NCBI RefSeq assembly: GCF_009914755.1
Contig: NC_060926.1
Source: the human T2T-CHM13v2.0 reference genome, Homo sapiens
DNA length: 64,000 nt
Strand: one strand, 5' to 3'
Part shown: positions 14,681 through 29,815 of the stretch, one piece after another
How the letters are laid out: the number at the start of each line of letters is the position of its first letter
Position numbering within the stretch: the first letter of the stretch is position 1
The notes under the pieces: generated by a model
Databases searched by the model: none
The model's input: only the letters and a program-made list of their open reading frames with translations
What the model was told of the DNA's origin: nothing
Program-made: the position numbers and the translations under genes

Positions 14681-15007
14681 CTTCAGCATGTACCTGGCAC
14701 ACACTGATATAACCCCATAGGTATATAAAATATTGAAATCCTTCTATACCGGAGGATAAGTAGCCAATATTCTAAGCTCCCCTCTCCCTCCGCTAAAGTG
14801 TTCACTGTACCAGCATCCCAGCCTTGAATGCCCCTGACTTCTCTATTACCCAGTGGTTAAAAAGTTAATACCTGCAAAGCAAGCATTCATTTGGACCCTG
14901 TTCCAGCAATGTAGCAGACACCTCTTCTGTTTGGGTGGATCGTGTACTGGTTGTTAGACGTGTTCACAGTCATACAAGCCTTCAGCTGAGGGCAGGATCA
15001 ATCACAC

Positions 15008-15440
15008 TGTATTGGTTCCATAGAGCTGCCGTAACAAAGTACCACACACTGAGTAGCTTAAAACAATAGACATTTACTCTCATTATTCTATAGTCCTTGA
15101 AGTCCAAAATCTAGGTATTGGCTGGGCCATGCTCCCTGTGAAAGCTCAGGGAAGAATCCCTCCTCATCTCTTCTAGCTTCTGGTTGTTGACAGTAATCCT
15201 TGGTGTTCCTTGGCTCGATACATAACAATTCCAATCTCTGCCTCTGTCTTTACATGGTGCCTTTATTCTGTGTCTCTGCCTAAATTTCCCTCTTCTTGTG
15301 ATTCAATTAGGGCCCACTCTAATCCAGCATGACTTCATCTTAACTTGATCACATCTTCAAAGACCCTATTTCCAAACAAGGTCACATTCACAGGTTCTGA
15401 GTGAATAAGAATTTGAGAGGAGAAACTATCCAACCCAGTA
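15008..15440 (-). mobile_element. MLT1 (B/C/D-like) LTR
   Basis: 'tgtattggttcc...gctgccgtaacaaagtaccacacactgagtagcttaaaacaa' through 'ccctatttccaaacaaggtcacattcacaggttctg...caacccagtaca'. Confidence 0.8.
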
Positions 15441-16045
15441 CACTAACCCAAATGGAATGGCTGTTAAGCAGCAGGAAAGTAGCAAAGTGCTGTTGGGGAA
15501 ATGACCACAACGTCCACTACAGATACTGGACTCTCTGGGCCTTTGCTCTCCTCACTTACCTAATTGAAGTCAACAGCTTCATGGCTGAACTGGCATTTCA
15601 GGTTTTATTTGCATAAGACTTTCAGAGCTGGCTCCCATACTGCTTAACCTCATTTTTAACTCTAAGTCCTGAGTCCATGGACTTCAAAAAGTAGTTTAGA
15701 GAAGGGGTTTGGCAAAGAGTTCTTAAACCCACATACCAGTTCACACATCAGTAGAGTGAACAAGCAATACATCTCATCTGTGTAAGCACTATTATTTTTC
15801 AAGTGTATGTAGCTGTGATTAATTAAATAAAAATTTACTTAAAACCTTCTTGCATTTATAATACCTCATTGTTATTATGTATTTTCTCTATCAACAGATA
15901 ATAGAGAACAACTGCTGCTGTACTTTAGCACACTGGCCTCTATTAGAAGGGCCATGGGATTCAAGTCTGGCCTCTGTAGTGAAGGTGAAAACAACAATGG
16001 CTCAAATAAATAGTCATTGATTTCTTTCTTATATAAGAGCTGGAG

Positions 16046-16146
16046 GGCCAGACACGGTGGCTCAAGCCTGTAATCCCAGCACTTCGGGAGGCCAAGGTGG
16101 GCAGATCACTTGAGGTCAGGAGTTTGAGACCAGCCTGGCCAACATA
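16046..16146 (+). mobile_element. AluS left-arm fragment, 3'-truncated
   Basis: First ~100 nt of an Alu, ending abruptly at 'ggccaacata'. Confidence 0.9.
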
Positions 16147-16559
16147 AGCCATTTCTAAATGACTTACATGGCTCTGCTCACTGAAAACACTGGCCATCAC
16201 CTCTCAATGTTCATTATCCCACTTTTCTACTTTAGATGTATTTGTAAGCCATTTCTAAATTTACTAATCCTTGTTCAAGGCTTGGGGTTTTTTTTAGAGA
16301 CTTTAGTGTCTCTGGTATATAGATAATTTTTTGGTCTACTTTCCATAGAAATCTCCTGAAGTTTTGTGAAGTTTTCTGGAGTTCTAAGCTTCTTAACCAA
16401 TAGATATGCAATATTTGTTATTTCAAGGAAGCAAACGTCTCACTCTCTAAAAGTTTGAATTGGGAAGTGAGGTGAAAGATAGATTTCCTCAAAATGTATT
16501 CCCCAAATTACATTTTATTATGAGCAATACATTAGCAAGTCAGATAGTTCTTCCTCATC

Positions 16560-17890
16560 TCCAGCTTTTCTTCATCCTAATGCTAGTGCTAGTGGGTCCC
16601 AGGACTTAGTCTCTTGTCTACATATACTCATCTTCTGGTATCCACAGTCTGCCTACATGGCTTAAAACCCTAATGAACATTTTCTCTTCTTGGTCTAATA
16701 AGCATTTTAATCTCAAACTTATCTAAATGAACACTTCTGATCTGTCCCCCATTCTCATTTCCAAACATGTCAATGTCCCAGTCTTAATCTTTCATTTACC
16801 AACCACTCCAGTTTCTTAAGCTAAAATCTTTAGAGTCATCCAAAATTTTATTTGCCTTTTTCTCACACCCTACAAAAATCCTTCAGCCCCTTTATGCAAA
16901 ATATATCCAGATTACAATCCCTCCTGACTGCTTCCTCTGCTACCCACAACTCTGATTCAAGTCACCACCATCACTTGTATGGATTACTACAGTAACCTAC
17001 TCATTGATCTTCCCTGCCTCTGTCCTGGTCCTTCTAGCAGTATCTTCTCAACAGAGGAGTCAGACTGCTTTCTGGTTAAATCATAGTCAGATCTTGTCAT
17101 TCCTCTGCTCAATCCCCTCCATTCAGAGTAACACCCAAAGCCCTTACACCGCCTCCAGGGTGCCACATGACGTGGCCTCTGCTATCTTTCTGGCTGCATC
17201 TCCTACTCTACCCCAGACACGCCTGCCTCTTTGCTTCAGGATAATGTACTTGCCATTATCTCTTCCATCAGGTATTCAAATGGTTCACTCCCTCCACTCC
17301 TTCAAGTCTCTGCTCAAATGTTACCCGTTCCTGGCACAACTTGTTCTCCTACAATTGTTATCATCATTTGATATATTATATATTTCACATATTTATATTG
17401 TTCATTGTTTGTCTTCCCCAGAAGAATATAAATTCTTATATAAAAGTAATATTTCTTAAATAGTCTCAGTTTTTTCATTTTGTTTTTTGGGTTTGTTTGT
17501 TTGTTTGTTTTGAGACAGGGTCTCCCTTTCACCCAGGCTGGAGTGCAGTGGCTTGACCATGGCTCACTGCACCTTAACCTCCCGGGCTCAAGTGATTCGC
17601 CTGCCTCAGTCTCCTGAGTAGCTGGGACCACAGACATGAGTCACCACACCTGGCTAATTTTTAAATAATTTTTTTTTTTGTGCAGATGGGGTCTTACTGT
17701 GCTCCCCAGGCTAGTCTTGAACTCCTGGATTCAAGTGATTCTCCTGCCTCAGTCTTCCAAAGTGCTGGGATTACAGGCATAAGCCACTGTGCCTGGCCTA
17801 TTCTAAGTTTTATTTACTATATATTTTCAGCTCTTAAACCTGTACCTGGCATAAAGAAGAGCACAACAATATTTGACGCATGAACGAAAG
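16560..17890 (+). mobile_element. L2 remnant interrupted by an AluJ
   Basis: Pyrimidine-rich L2 body ('ggattactacagtaacctactcattgatcttccctgcc') and degenerate 3' tail 'aatatttgacgcatgaacgaa'. Confidence 0.65.
17470..17798 (-). mobile_element. AluJ with (TTTG)n tail
   Basis: Antisense Alu; 'ccatggctcactgcaccttaacctcccgggctcaagtgat' AluJ diagnostic. Confidence 0.9.
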
Positions 17891-18242
17891 TATATTTTTT
17901 TAATTTTTTAAACATAAACCCTTTCACAAAAATAAATAGGCATTCAAATATCCCAAATAAATTTAAAAGAAACTCATACATATAGAGTGCCAACCACGTG
18001 TCAGGCTCTAGGTAGCACTTTACAAGTATGGAATTTTCATAGCAGGTCCTGTGTGATTGGTCTTATTATAAACAACTTATGATGAGATGTTACATAACTA
18101 ATTTTAGAAGTGGAAAAAGTCAACACATGCGTAATAAGCTCAAAGTCTGACTTATCTGACTCCAGAGTCCATTCTTTCAACACGTCTCTTTGAACAACGA
18201 CAAAAAAAACCACCAAAACAACAATAAAAAAAAATGGGGTGG

Positions 18243-18601
<359 letters not shown>

Positions 18602-19246
18602 CTAACTAGGATTCCAAGTGTGTGAAAATTACAAACACAAACTTTCAGAAGAAAAAAAAAAAACTCAGTAGGCCAGGCAATAGACTGAGTGCAGACTGGA
18701 ATGGAACACCTGTACAGTCAAGCAGACCAGGAGATTCTGGCTAGAGAAAATGCTCTGAAAACTCCATCTTCTCTTCTCTTTTGTGGCCATCACTGAAGCA
18801 GCAGCAGCCAAAACAAAAGCCAATCCCTTTGTGATATGTGAGCAGACCAAGAACTGGAAAAGTCATTTCAATGCACCTTCCCACATTCACAAGAAGATTA
18901 TGTCTTCCCCACTTTCCAAAGAACTAAGACAGAAAAGAAACGTTCAATCCGTGTTCATCCAAAAGGATAATAAAGTACAGGTTGTCCAAGGACACTACAA
19001 AGGCCAGCAAATTGGCAAAATAGTCCAGGTTTAGAGGAAGAAATATATGATCTACATTGAACCGATGCAGCAGGAGAAGGCTAATGGCACAACTGTCCCT
19101 GTGGGAATTCACCCCAGCAGGATGGTTGTCACTAAGCTAAAACTGGACAAAGAGTGCAAAAAGATCCTTGAACCGAAAGGCAAATCTCACTAAGTACAAA
19201 AGGGAAAGGACAAATTCAAGGAAGAAACAATTCAGAAGATGGAGAA

Positions 19247-19400
19247 GGCCGGGTGCAGTGGCTCACGCTTGTAATCACAGCACTTTGGGAGGCCGAGGCA
19301 GTAGGATTGCTTGAGCCCAGGAGTTCCAGGTCACAGTGAGCCATGATCACATCACAGCAATCCAGCCTGAGCAACAAAATGAACCCTGACAAGAAAGAAA
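19247..19400 (+). mobile_element. Monomeric Alu (FRAM-like or left/right-arm hybrid) inserted in the RPL26 pseudogene
   Basis: Left-arm-type start 'ggccgggtgcagtggctcacgcttgtaatcacagcactttgggagg' runs straight into right-arm-type 'ggattgcttgagcccaggag...cagtgagccatgatc...ccagcctgagcaac'. Confidence 0.85.
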
Positions 19401-19402
19401 GT

Positions 19403-19523
19403 AAAGGAAGGAAGGAAGGAAGGGAGGGAGGAAGGGAGGGAGGGAGAGAGGGAGGGAGGGAGGGAGGAAGGAAGGAAGGAAGGAGGGAGGGAGGGAGGGA
19501 GGGAGGGAGGGAGGGAGGGGAAA
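19403..19523. repeat. (GGAA)/(GGGA) homopurine microsatellite
   Basis: 121 nt containing only A and G. Confidence 0.95.
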
Positions 19524-21205
19524 TAATCTTATATACAATTTTTATTAAAAACTGCTAAAATATTTTTTAAAAAATCTTAGCCCCATTCCTGTGGTACACC
19601 TGCTACCCCACATTCCCACCACTCAAAAGGTAGAGGATGGTTTTAAGTTCTTAGTGATTTGATATCAATTTGCACCAGAAGAAAGACATAATCAAAGACA
19701 TCCAGGAATACAATTAGGGCCTTCTTTATGCAAGAGTTCTCCTGTCTTTGTCAATTATAAAACAGTAGAAAGGGCATTCCTTTGCCCTGCTGCTGACCAT
19801 GTGAAGAAACCTGAGCATGGCTCTACCTCTGTTCTTCTGGAAGTCTTTCCTTTGAAAGATGCATTACCTTTGAAAACAACTATGTTTTAAAAATAATCCA
19901 AAAAGGAAAAAGAAAGAGGGCAAAAGTAATGGCACACCCTAGATATAAGGAAATGTTCTTGGGAAACATTTGCAAGTAGGTACCTGAAATTTTTTTAAAC
20001 CACATCAATAAAAGAAGAGATTATATGAATGACTTTTGAATATTGAAACTTCAAGTATGTTGGCAAACAAGAAGGCCCATAAAATAAGACAACACCCTTT
20101 CTACCTTCCCCTAAGGTCTCTAGTCCATAAGCAGAAATTCTACAGGAACATTTATATAAGTAATTTCTATTTGGAGCCAACAGAAGCCTCACAATTGCCA
20201 GTATCTCTCAGATAATAAAGACAATAATAAGTGCCTTAAGATTTTGATTCTTCATGTTATCTGATCTGAAGTTTCACTGGTTTTGCTTCAGAATTTGTCT
20301 CAAAGAAAATTAAAATTTATATAAAAATCTGGGATTTTAAAAGCATTTTATATCTTGGCTTTCTTTAGAGAATTTTGTAGAAGACAGATAAAATATTAAA
20401 ACCATAGCTGAAACAAGGCAATAAATTTGAATTTACTAGAGCAAAGTCAGAATTTTAGTACCAATAGTATAAATCTACATATTCACAAATTCATTTCTCT
20501 ATTGTACATATTTTATATTAACTGACACAACTGTCCAATATCCATGCTTATGTTTTCTCTAACAATTAGAAACATGGCTTGAGATGTACCGCAAATGAAA
20601 ATATTCTTCAACATACTAAATTTCACATTATAATGGCTAGCTCAGTACTAAAACTTGGGTGACAGCTGCAGCTCTTCAGAAACTAGCATTTAAAGGTAGT
20701 AATATTCTAGGAAGCACTTAAAGAAGACATGTTGTCCCCATCTAATTTAAGGTAGAGAACTGTATATATAGAAAAAAAAAACTGGCAGAAATTCAGCAAA
20801 CAGAAACCTGTGTCTCATAGCAAAAGACAGTTGGACAACTTCAAAAGATAGCAAGATATTATTTAAGTCAAACATCTCTACTAACTAGGAAAAATTAGAT
20901 TATCTCATCAAATCCAATATGTGCCATTTTTAAAAATTACATGCCCATAATTAAGTGGTTGAGTTCACCTACATATTTGAGCTAACGTATCAAACAAAGA
21001 AAACAGGCTTGGCCGCAAAGTCAATGAAAGTCAAATAAAAGGCCAAACTAAACAGATGAGACACCATGCCCTGAAGATCAACAAAGGAGATTACTGTTAG
21101 GTGAGGCAGGTTTAGAAACTTTTGGCAAGGAGGATTTGATGTGCCCATCACAAACACAAAGCAACTCATTCAAGCTAGTTAAACACAATTGTACTGCAAG
21201 ATTGA

Positions 21206-21689
<484 letters not shown>

Positions 21690-21839
21690 GAATTTCTTTT
21701 ACCATACTGTACTAAAGTTAAAATCCAATGAGCTTTACATAGATAGCCCAGACATATTTTTTAAATGTTTGGTAATAACAGAGTAGTAACAAATAGGTAG
21801 CTTTGTATTCATTAATTGTTTTAAATAAAGACAGGGCGC

Positions 21840-21980
21840 TATATATATATATATACACACACATATATATACACATATATATACATATATGCACATATAT
21901 ACACATATATACATATATACATATATACATATATACATATATATACATATATATATACACACATATATATGTATATATAT
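21840..21980. repeat. (TA)/(TATACA) low-complexity microsatellite
   Basis: Read directly. Confidence 0.95.
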
Positions 21981-22239
21981 GAAATGTGATGGCAAGAATG
22001 ACGGCTGATGTTAAGATAATAATGCAGTATTCCTGTTTTAATACAATCCTCATTCAGGTGTATCCCTCCTAAAATAATTCTATACCTTTTGAACACCTGT
22101 CATCACCTGGTCTGGTCTAGGGTACCAAAGAGTCCATAATATAACCATATTTGCCATTTCTGGGATTTGTCAGAAGAAACCTCCATTCATTAAACTTTGC
22201 AAAGCACAATTTCTTCTCCCTCGTGGCATTCATCAGGAT

Positions 22240-24185
22240 TCTTCCTGCAGGTATTACAATCATACACCTAGAAAACTCAATAGACTTGACTAAAAAACTG
22301 TTTAGCAAAGTATTAAGGCACAAAATTAATATACAGAAGTCAAACAATAAACAGTATAAATGTGTAATGGAAGAAAGGACCCACTTACATAGAAAAGCAA
22401 AATAAAATACACAAAAGTGTAAGGGACTTTTGAGAGAAATACAAGAAATTTTGAACAAAGGGAAGATGTACCTCATCAGTGGAGTTAACATCCAAAAAAT
22501 ATCAATTCTTTATCAGCTAATTTATCATTTCAACATGAGCCCCATAAGAAAAATATTGACAGTGGGTTTTTGTGAAACTGGCAAACATCATAGAGTTTAC
22601 AAAGAAAAATAATTTACCAAAATAAATCAGGAAAACTCTGAGAAAAAGCAGCAGAGAGGGAATTAGCACTATCTGATATTAAAACATATTATAAAAACCT
22701 AAATACTTAAAACAGTGTGGTGTTGGTTCATCAGTACACAAACTGACCAACAGAACATTACAGAAAGTCCAGAAATAATTACAAAAGCATACTTCAATAT
22801 ATGATAGAGACAGCATTTCAGATCAGTAGGGAAAAGATGAACATTTTAATAAATGATAATAGACTATCTGAGGGAAGAGATGTCTTTTTTCCTATTTAGA
22901 TGGGTACTTTCTTCCATTATATAATCATACTGTTTGTTGTTTGATTTCTGTATATTAATTGTGTGCCCCAGTACTTTGCTAAAGAGTTTTTCTGTCAAGT
23001 CTCTTGAATTTTCTAGATATACAATTACAATATCTGGCAGGAAGGATTTTAATGGATGTTGAGAGGAGGCATACTCCAATAAAACCAGTATAAATTTCAA
23101 ATGAATCAAAGATCTACACATAAAATACAGAGAGCATATAAATATTGGAAGAAAGCACAGAATTTCTTTTTAACATTGCAGTGGAGATGCGAGTTATATT
23201 TGTGACTTAAAATTCAGAATTCATAAAATACAATAGTAAATTTAATAAAAAAGCTATAAACAAAGTCAAAAGACAAATGATAAACTGAGAAACTCAAATC
23301 ATAGACAAATACTAATCTCTCTAACTCATAAAGAGTTACTAGAAACTAATAAGAGCCCAACCACATAATAAGAAAATCAGCAAAAATATGTATATTCGAG
23401 TCATAGAAGAGAATGCAAATGGCTTGTAAACATAAATAGATATAAACATAATTAAATGATCAAGTTCACTTAAAATAAGATAAATACATGCTGAAACTAC
23501 ACTGGAATACCTTTTTTTTCAGAATAGTAATGGTGTAAGAGCTCGATCGTAGGAAAACAGACCCTCTTATACATTAGGGACAGCTGAAATTAGACAACTC
23601 TGATGGAAGGAAATTTTGCAATATTTATTAAAGCCAAAATTGCATATACCCATTGATGCAGAAGTGTACTTCTAAGGAATTTATACTTATACTTGCCCAC
23701 ATGTGAAATGACTAATATGTAACTGTATCCATGCCAGTATTGTTTGAAATTTAAAACGTTTTAAATGTTTGAAACAATTTGAAATAACTCAAGTGCCCAT
23801 CAGTAGGAGAATGGTTAAAAAGTTATTGTACATTTACAGAGTGGAGTACTACACAGTGGTATTTTTAAAAAAAAGAATAAGGAAGCTCACTAGTATTGAG
23901 CATCAAGATGTATTGCTAAATGCAAAATTAAAAGCAATGTATAAATTAGTGTAATTTTATGCTGCTTTTTGTAAAAAGTGAAGGAATAAGACTGTATATT
24001 CATATTTTCCAGTGTATGCATAAAGAAACTTTGCAAGAACATTTAAGAAAATAATAACAGTGATCATGGTTGTGTGTGTAAGAGGGTTGTGGAAATAGTA
24101 TACAAAGTGAGAGCAACACTTTTCACAGTGCCTTTCAACTTTTTTTTAAAGTTTGAACTATGTGAATATATCACATTTTAAAGAA
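22240..24185 (+). mobile_element. Old L1M (L1ME/MD-like): 3' part of ORF2 and 3'UTR, containing an internal inverted segment
   Basis: Degenerate ORF2 RT region (LENS.D.TKKL..FSKV...KINIQKS) and L1M 3'UTR motifs 'caagtgcccatcagtaggagaatggttaaa'. Confidence 0.75.
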
Positions 24186-24360
24186 GGGGTTTGAGTAGAC
24201 TGTTCTTGCCAAGAGGAGCTGTTCCATTACAGACTTAGTCACAAGACAAACCATTTGCTGTTAGGGAGAGTGGGAAGTCAATTAAAACTACCTTCTTCAT
24301 TGACAGAGGACTCCTACTAAAAAGTACACCATTAATGCTACATTTTGGAAAGAGAGATAA

Positions 24361-24996
<636 letters not shown>

Positions 24997-26005
24997 TAAC
25001 CTTTTTAATGTTATTTTGAAAGCTGATATTTCCTCTATCTTTGTTGATTTTGCCATTAACGTGGGAAATGATTTCAGTTTGTCTAAAGAACTTTAAAGTT
25101 TTCTCATCAAGGTGGAAATATTGTTTTAGTACAAGCTTGTCAAATGAAAAGTGTAGTGGAAAGGATTGTTTCTCAAACTGAATTCATGAGAGTTTCTTTG
25201 TGCTTAAGGCTCACCTTGTATGTGTCACCTCTGATTTCACACTCTGGCTTCAGACTAACATCTTACCAACTTATGAAGGTCATTTTTCTCTCCTCTAAGA
25301 TATTAATTAACAAACCATCCATTTCAGCTCCCTAAAAGTATAACAATATGTTTTCAATTCTTTCATCAGGAAATCAACGAAATATAAAAGCAACTACACT
25401 CATCACAGCTTTGCACTATCATTTGATTCATTTCCTCTAGAAGCATGTCTATAACTGACTACTCTTCAGCTGCAACTTTGCCAAATTGTTCAACTACCTA
25501 GAAGTGGGGTAAACCAGACTGCACTATTTTAGTTATCTGAAAGCTTCTTCCCTCTTCTCGCAGCTGCTGCAGCTGCTAATACTTCATCATAAGTAGATAT
25601 CCTTAGACCTCAACCTGCCTAGATTGAAACTGATCCAATCTTCTGTCCAGAGGTTTCATAGAAGAATGCATAACTATGACAACACTAGTTTGATGAAAGA
25701 AAAGTAAACTCCAATAATCTAGAATTCCCTTTAGCAATTGTTTCAAAGAGGAATTTATCACACTTTGCATTGTAACTTGGCGTATGTGGTAACAATAATA
25801 TGAAAGAGCTACTGCTGGAATTAAAAGACTTATATTCAGTTCATTTTTCTTTATCTCCCCTCCGCCTCACCACTGTTTTTTCCCCTTGTGCTTCAGTTTG
25901 GTTTCAGGACTGTAAATAGAATAAAGGGCAGATTGATCTTGGGGGAAAATAATTTTAATGCAATATGGTGACCAAAAATGTTTGTTTAAAAAATAAACAT
26001 AAGCA

Positions 26006-26347
<342 letters not shown>

Positions 26348-26372
26348 TTAATATACTGTCCCTCAACTTTTG

Positions 26373-26666
<294 letters not shown>

Positions 26667-28569
26667 TCAAAATATTAAAATCGGTAAGCATTAAAGTACA
26701 TTCTCATTCTCTTTTGCTGTGGTGCATCTTATCGGATATCCTCTGAATTACCCTTTGCCTCATCCCCCCAAATTGGATTTAAATCCAGAGACAGGGATTA
26801 AAATATAATTGAGGTAAAATGTCCTGTTGTTTTGTTGTATTTGAGAATATAATGGGGAAGGTACAGCGATAACAGCAAAGTGATAGTGATCCCTGAATGC
26901 TAGAAAATGGGGGCCACTCAGGCAAGTTGTTGATGTTGATTGTATATGTTTAGAGACAGGGAGGAGAGAACATGGTATGGGGTTACACAAGGTTGCTGTG
27001 AGGAAATAAGGGTTTAAAGGAACTCTGAATCCAGACAGTCAAGAACACGAGGGGAAAAAAAAAAAAGAACATGCTCAGAAGGGGCTGGTAACTAAAGGCT
27101 GAGCTCAGGAGATCTCTGGATATTTTTACATTTCCAAAATAAAGGAAAGAAGGCTGATCATGAGAGATCTGTGGTTTCATTCCCAATGGCTCTGGATAGG
27201 CTGGACACTCAGATGGCTACAAGGATTGCTGTTTTAATCTGAAGCTCATCCAGGCATAAAAAGACACTGAATCTACAAGACATAGCTTTTTTAAGAAAGG
27301 TTTATTTGCCCTTGCTTGAGAATGGAAGTAGAGTGAACTAGAAAGGAAAGTGATGTCACAGGTTAGGATTCAAGGGGGAGAGCAGCAAAAGAGAGAATTG
27401 AGATTGCTTAAGAGAGATGGTTTATGGCTTTCAGGCTGTACTGAGCTAATGAAGCAACATACAGAAGTAACTCACCTCTTCTAGCTATAGCTTGTTCCTG
27501 AGATTGCCCAAGAAGATAGTAATATAGTTGTGGGATTGATCAGATTGTGTGTACTATATTTTGATGAATGTAATGGAAAAGGCGTGCTCCAGAGAGGAAA
27601 AGGACTATCAGTCTGTAGAGAGGTATTTGGAAAAGAGATCCCTCCTGGCTTGAATCTTTAAATGGTTGAAAGGTAAGCTTTTTCTCAAGATGAAGGTCAG
27701 AGAAAACCCAGGTGAAGTTGCTTTCTGTTTGGGACTTGAGAGTGGTGTTTCATCAAGTATTTAGAACCTAATTGCAAAAGCATAAATAAATTTCCCAAGC
27801 CCCTTATTCTCTTTATAAATAGCACCTTCTCACTTATATGCTGTTCTTCATTTGCCTGAAAAACAAAATAAGGCTTTCTAGTATCTGTATCTATCCACAG
27901 ATACTCAGCAGCTTTGTGGGTCCTGCTTTATTATTCTCATTTGTGATTTCAGAATTTATCTTGAGAATATGCTTATGAAACTCGCCAAAGATGCAAAGTT
28001 AGTTGGAATGCCCTTTACTTAAGAAAACATGATTAAATTCTAAGTCATCTTCACAAATCTGATTACCTTTAATAGGGGCAAAAGCAGATTAAATCACTTA
28101 AAAGAAATAGATGTTATAAATTTATATAAGAAGGCAGAATATTTTCTACTGTCATGATGTATCAGAAACAAACAAACAAACAGAAACCTCTACATTGATC
28201 ACTGACCAGGTCTTAATCAGGGTACTGTTTTTTAGGAGAAAGCCTTTTAATGCAGATGAAATGACAAGGCAAGGATCTCTTCTGAAAGGGAGAAATTCAA
28301 CCAATATGTCAAGGTTTACTAAATGACAGAAGGAAAGCTTAAATGAAGTAAAGATCACTAAGGTAAGAATAGAATCTAATAATCTTCAAATATCTAGAAA
28401 GGAATCATAGAATTGTGATCAATCATACTACATTTGAATAGAAGGCAGGGAAAGAGCAAATTGTAAAAATACTTATTATTATCATGGAATGACTTCCTTA
28501 TCATAAAAAGTATGTAAGATTATAATAAATAAGCATTAAGAAATCTCATCAAAAGACATGCTTAAGTTG

Positions 28570-28871
28570 GGATTGGGCATGGTGGCTCACGCCTGTCATC
28601 ATAACACTTTAGGAGGCTGCGGTGGGAGCATTGCTTGAGGCCAGAAGTTTGAGACCAGCCTGGGAAACATAGCAGGACTCCATCGCTACCAAAAAAAAAA
28701 AAAAAAAAATAGCTGGGCAGTGGCATGCACCTGTAGTCCCAGCATCTCAAAAGGTGGAGGCAGGAGGATTGTTTGAGCCCAGGAGTTTGAGGTTGCAGTA
28801 AGCTATTATCACACTACTTGCACTCCAGCCTAGTAACAGAGTATAATGCTGTCTCATAAAGAAAAAAAAAA
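28570..28871 (+). mobile_element. AluJ
   Basis: AluJ diagnostics; degenerate TSD aaagacatgcttaagttgg / aaagatatgtttaatttgg. Confidence 0.9.
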
Positions 28872-29449
28872 GATATGTTTAATTTGGATGACAAATACTC
28901 TTCTGTCTCACAGAGAGCATTAAAAGATGACGTTCAAAATTCTTTCTATCCCTGAAATCCTAAGATTATCTGTAGAATCAAGAATTAATATTGTTCTTTA
29001 TGAATGACCTAACAGAGATTCTGAAACCTTGGATACCTATCTAATTTTAATAAGTTGGTGGCTAGTAATATTCTAAAGAAACTGACACGGCAGTAAGTGT
29101 GGTAGAAAAGCATAATAATCCTAGAGTAAGACAATCCTGACTCTCTCCTCACAAATCTTATGACTGTCTACATCTGAATCTCCACATTTGGAAATTACTA
29201 CATTTGAAATCCAACTTCAAGAGTTGTACAAATGGTAAGATAATATATGTGAAAGTTTAAAAACTATAAAGCCTTGTAGGCATATAAGTTTTTGTTAATA
29301 GTAGTAATACTGTTAGAAATAAATCATTCCTATTTCTCAGTGGCACATGCAGGAATCTCTCTACTGTGAGTATAAAACCTTTCTCTCCTTGCACAAAACT
29401 ACGCAAGGGAATTTATCCAAGAATTAAAGAAGGGCCTCAAGGTTAATCA

Positions 29450-29815
29450 TTTACTTTTATTTGTTTTTAAAGTTGTTTTTACAAGAGTATGCATTCATAT
29501 AACAAAGTACACAAAGTGTATTGCTCAAATAATTTTAATAAATGAATACACCTGTGCATCCATCATTCAGGTCAAAATATAGAACGTTACCAACATCCTA
29601 GAATGTTCTCTTATGTTAATACCTCCTCCTCAAAGATAACTACTGTTGTGACTTTCATTTTAACTATCTTAGAAGTTCACATAAATAAAATCATAGTGTA
29701 CACTCTTTTGTATCTGGCTTCTTTGGCTCAACATATTTCTATGAGATTCATCTATGCTGTTGCATGAAGCAGTTGTTCATTCTTTTTCTTACTATAGGCT
29801 ATTTCAATTTAAGAA
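29450..29815 (-). mobile_element. Host L1M(E) 3' end; continues at ~38345
   Basis: 'tgtatctggcttctttggctcaacatatttctatgagattcatctatgctgttgcatg', an antisense L1M 3'UTR. Confidence 0.75.

Larger units (their letters stand above)
18770..19560 (+). pseudogene. RPL26P: Processed pseudogene of 60S ribosomal protein L26 (uL24)
   Basis: Intronless copy. It has a 5'TOP-like pyrimidine leader, and the frame from 18813 matches RPL26 ([30 protein letters not shown]...[17 protein letters not shown]...[14 protein letters not shown]...LKLDK...KEETI.KM). The start ATG reads ACA, and there are stops TAG at 19032 (Tyr74) and TAA at 19191 (Gln127). 3'UTR-like 'aataatcttatatacaa' resumes at ~19521. Pseudogene number not assigned. 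Confidence 0.95.

Noticed and set aside
18783-19034. 83-aa ORF as a functional RPL26 paralog
   Set aside because: Start codon lost, premature stops, many substitutions at conserved Arg residues and an Alu insertion
19405-19482. EWS-FLI1-type GGAA enhancer microsatellite
   Set aside because: Only about four consecutive GGAA units; the tract is mostly GGGA
21718-22096. Tyr/Ile/Met-rich ORFs
   Set aside because: Translations of the (TA)n microsatellite
27950-28400. Possible L3/CR1 remnant
   Set aside because: Resemblance too faint to call by eye
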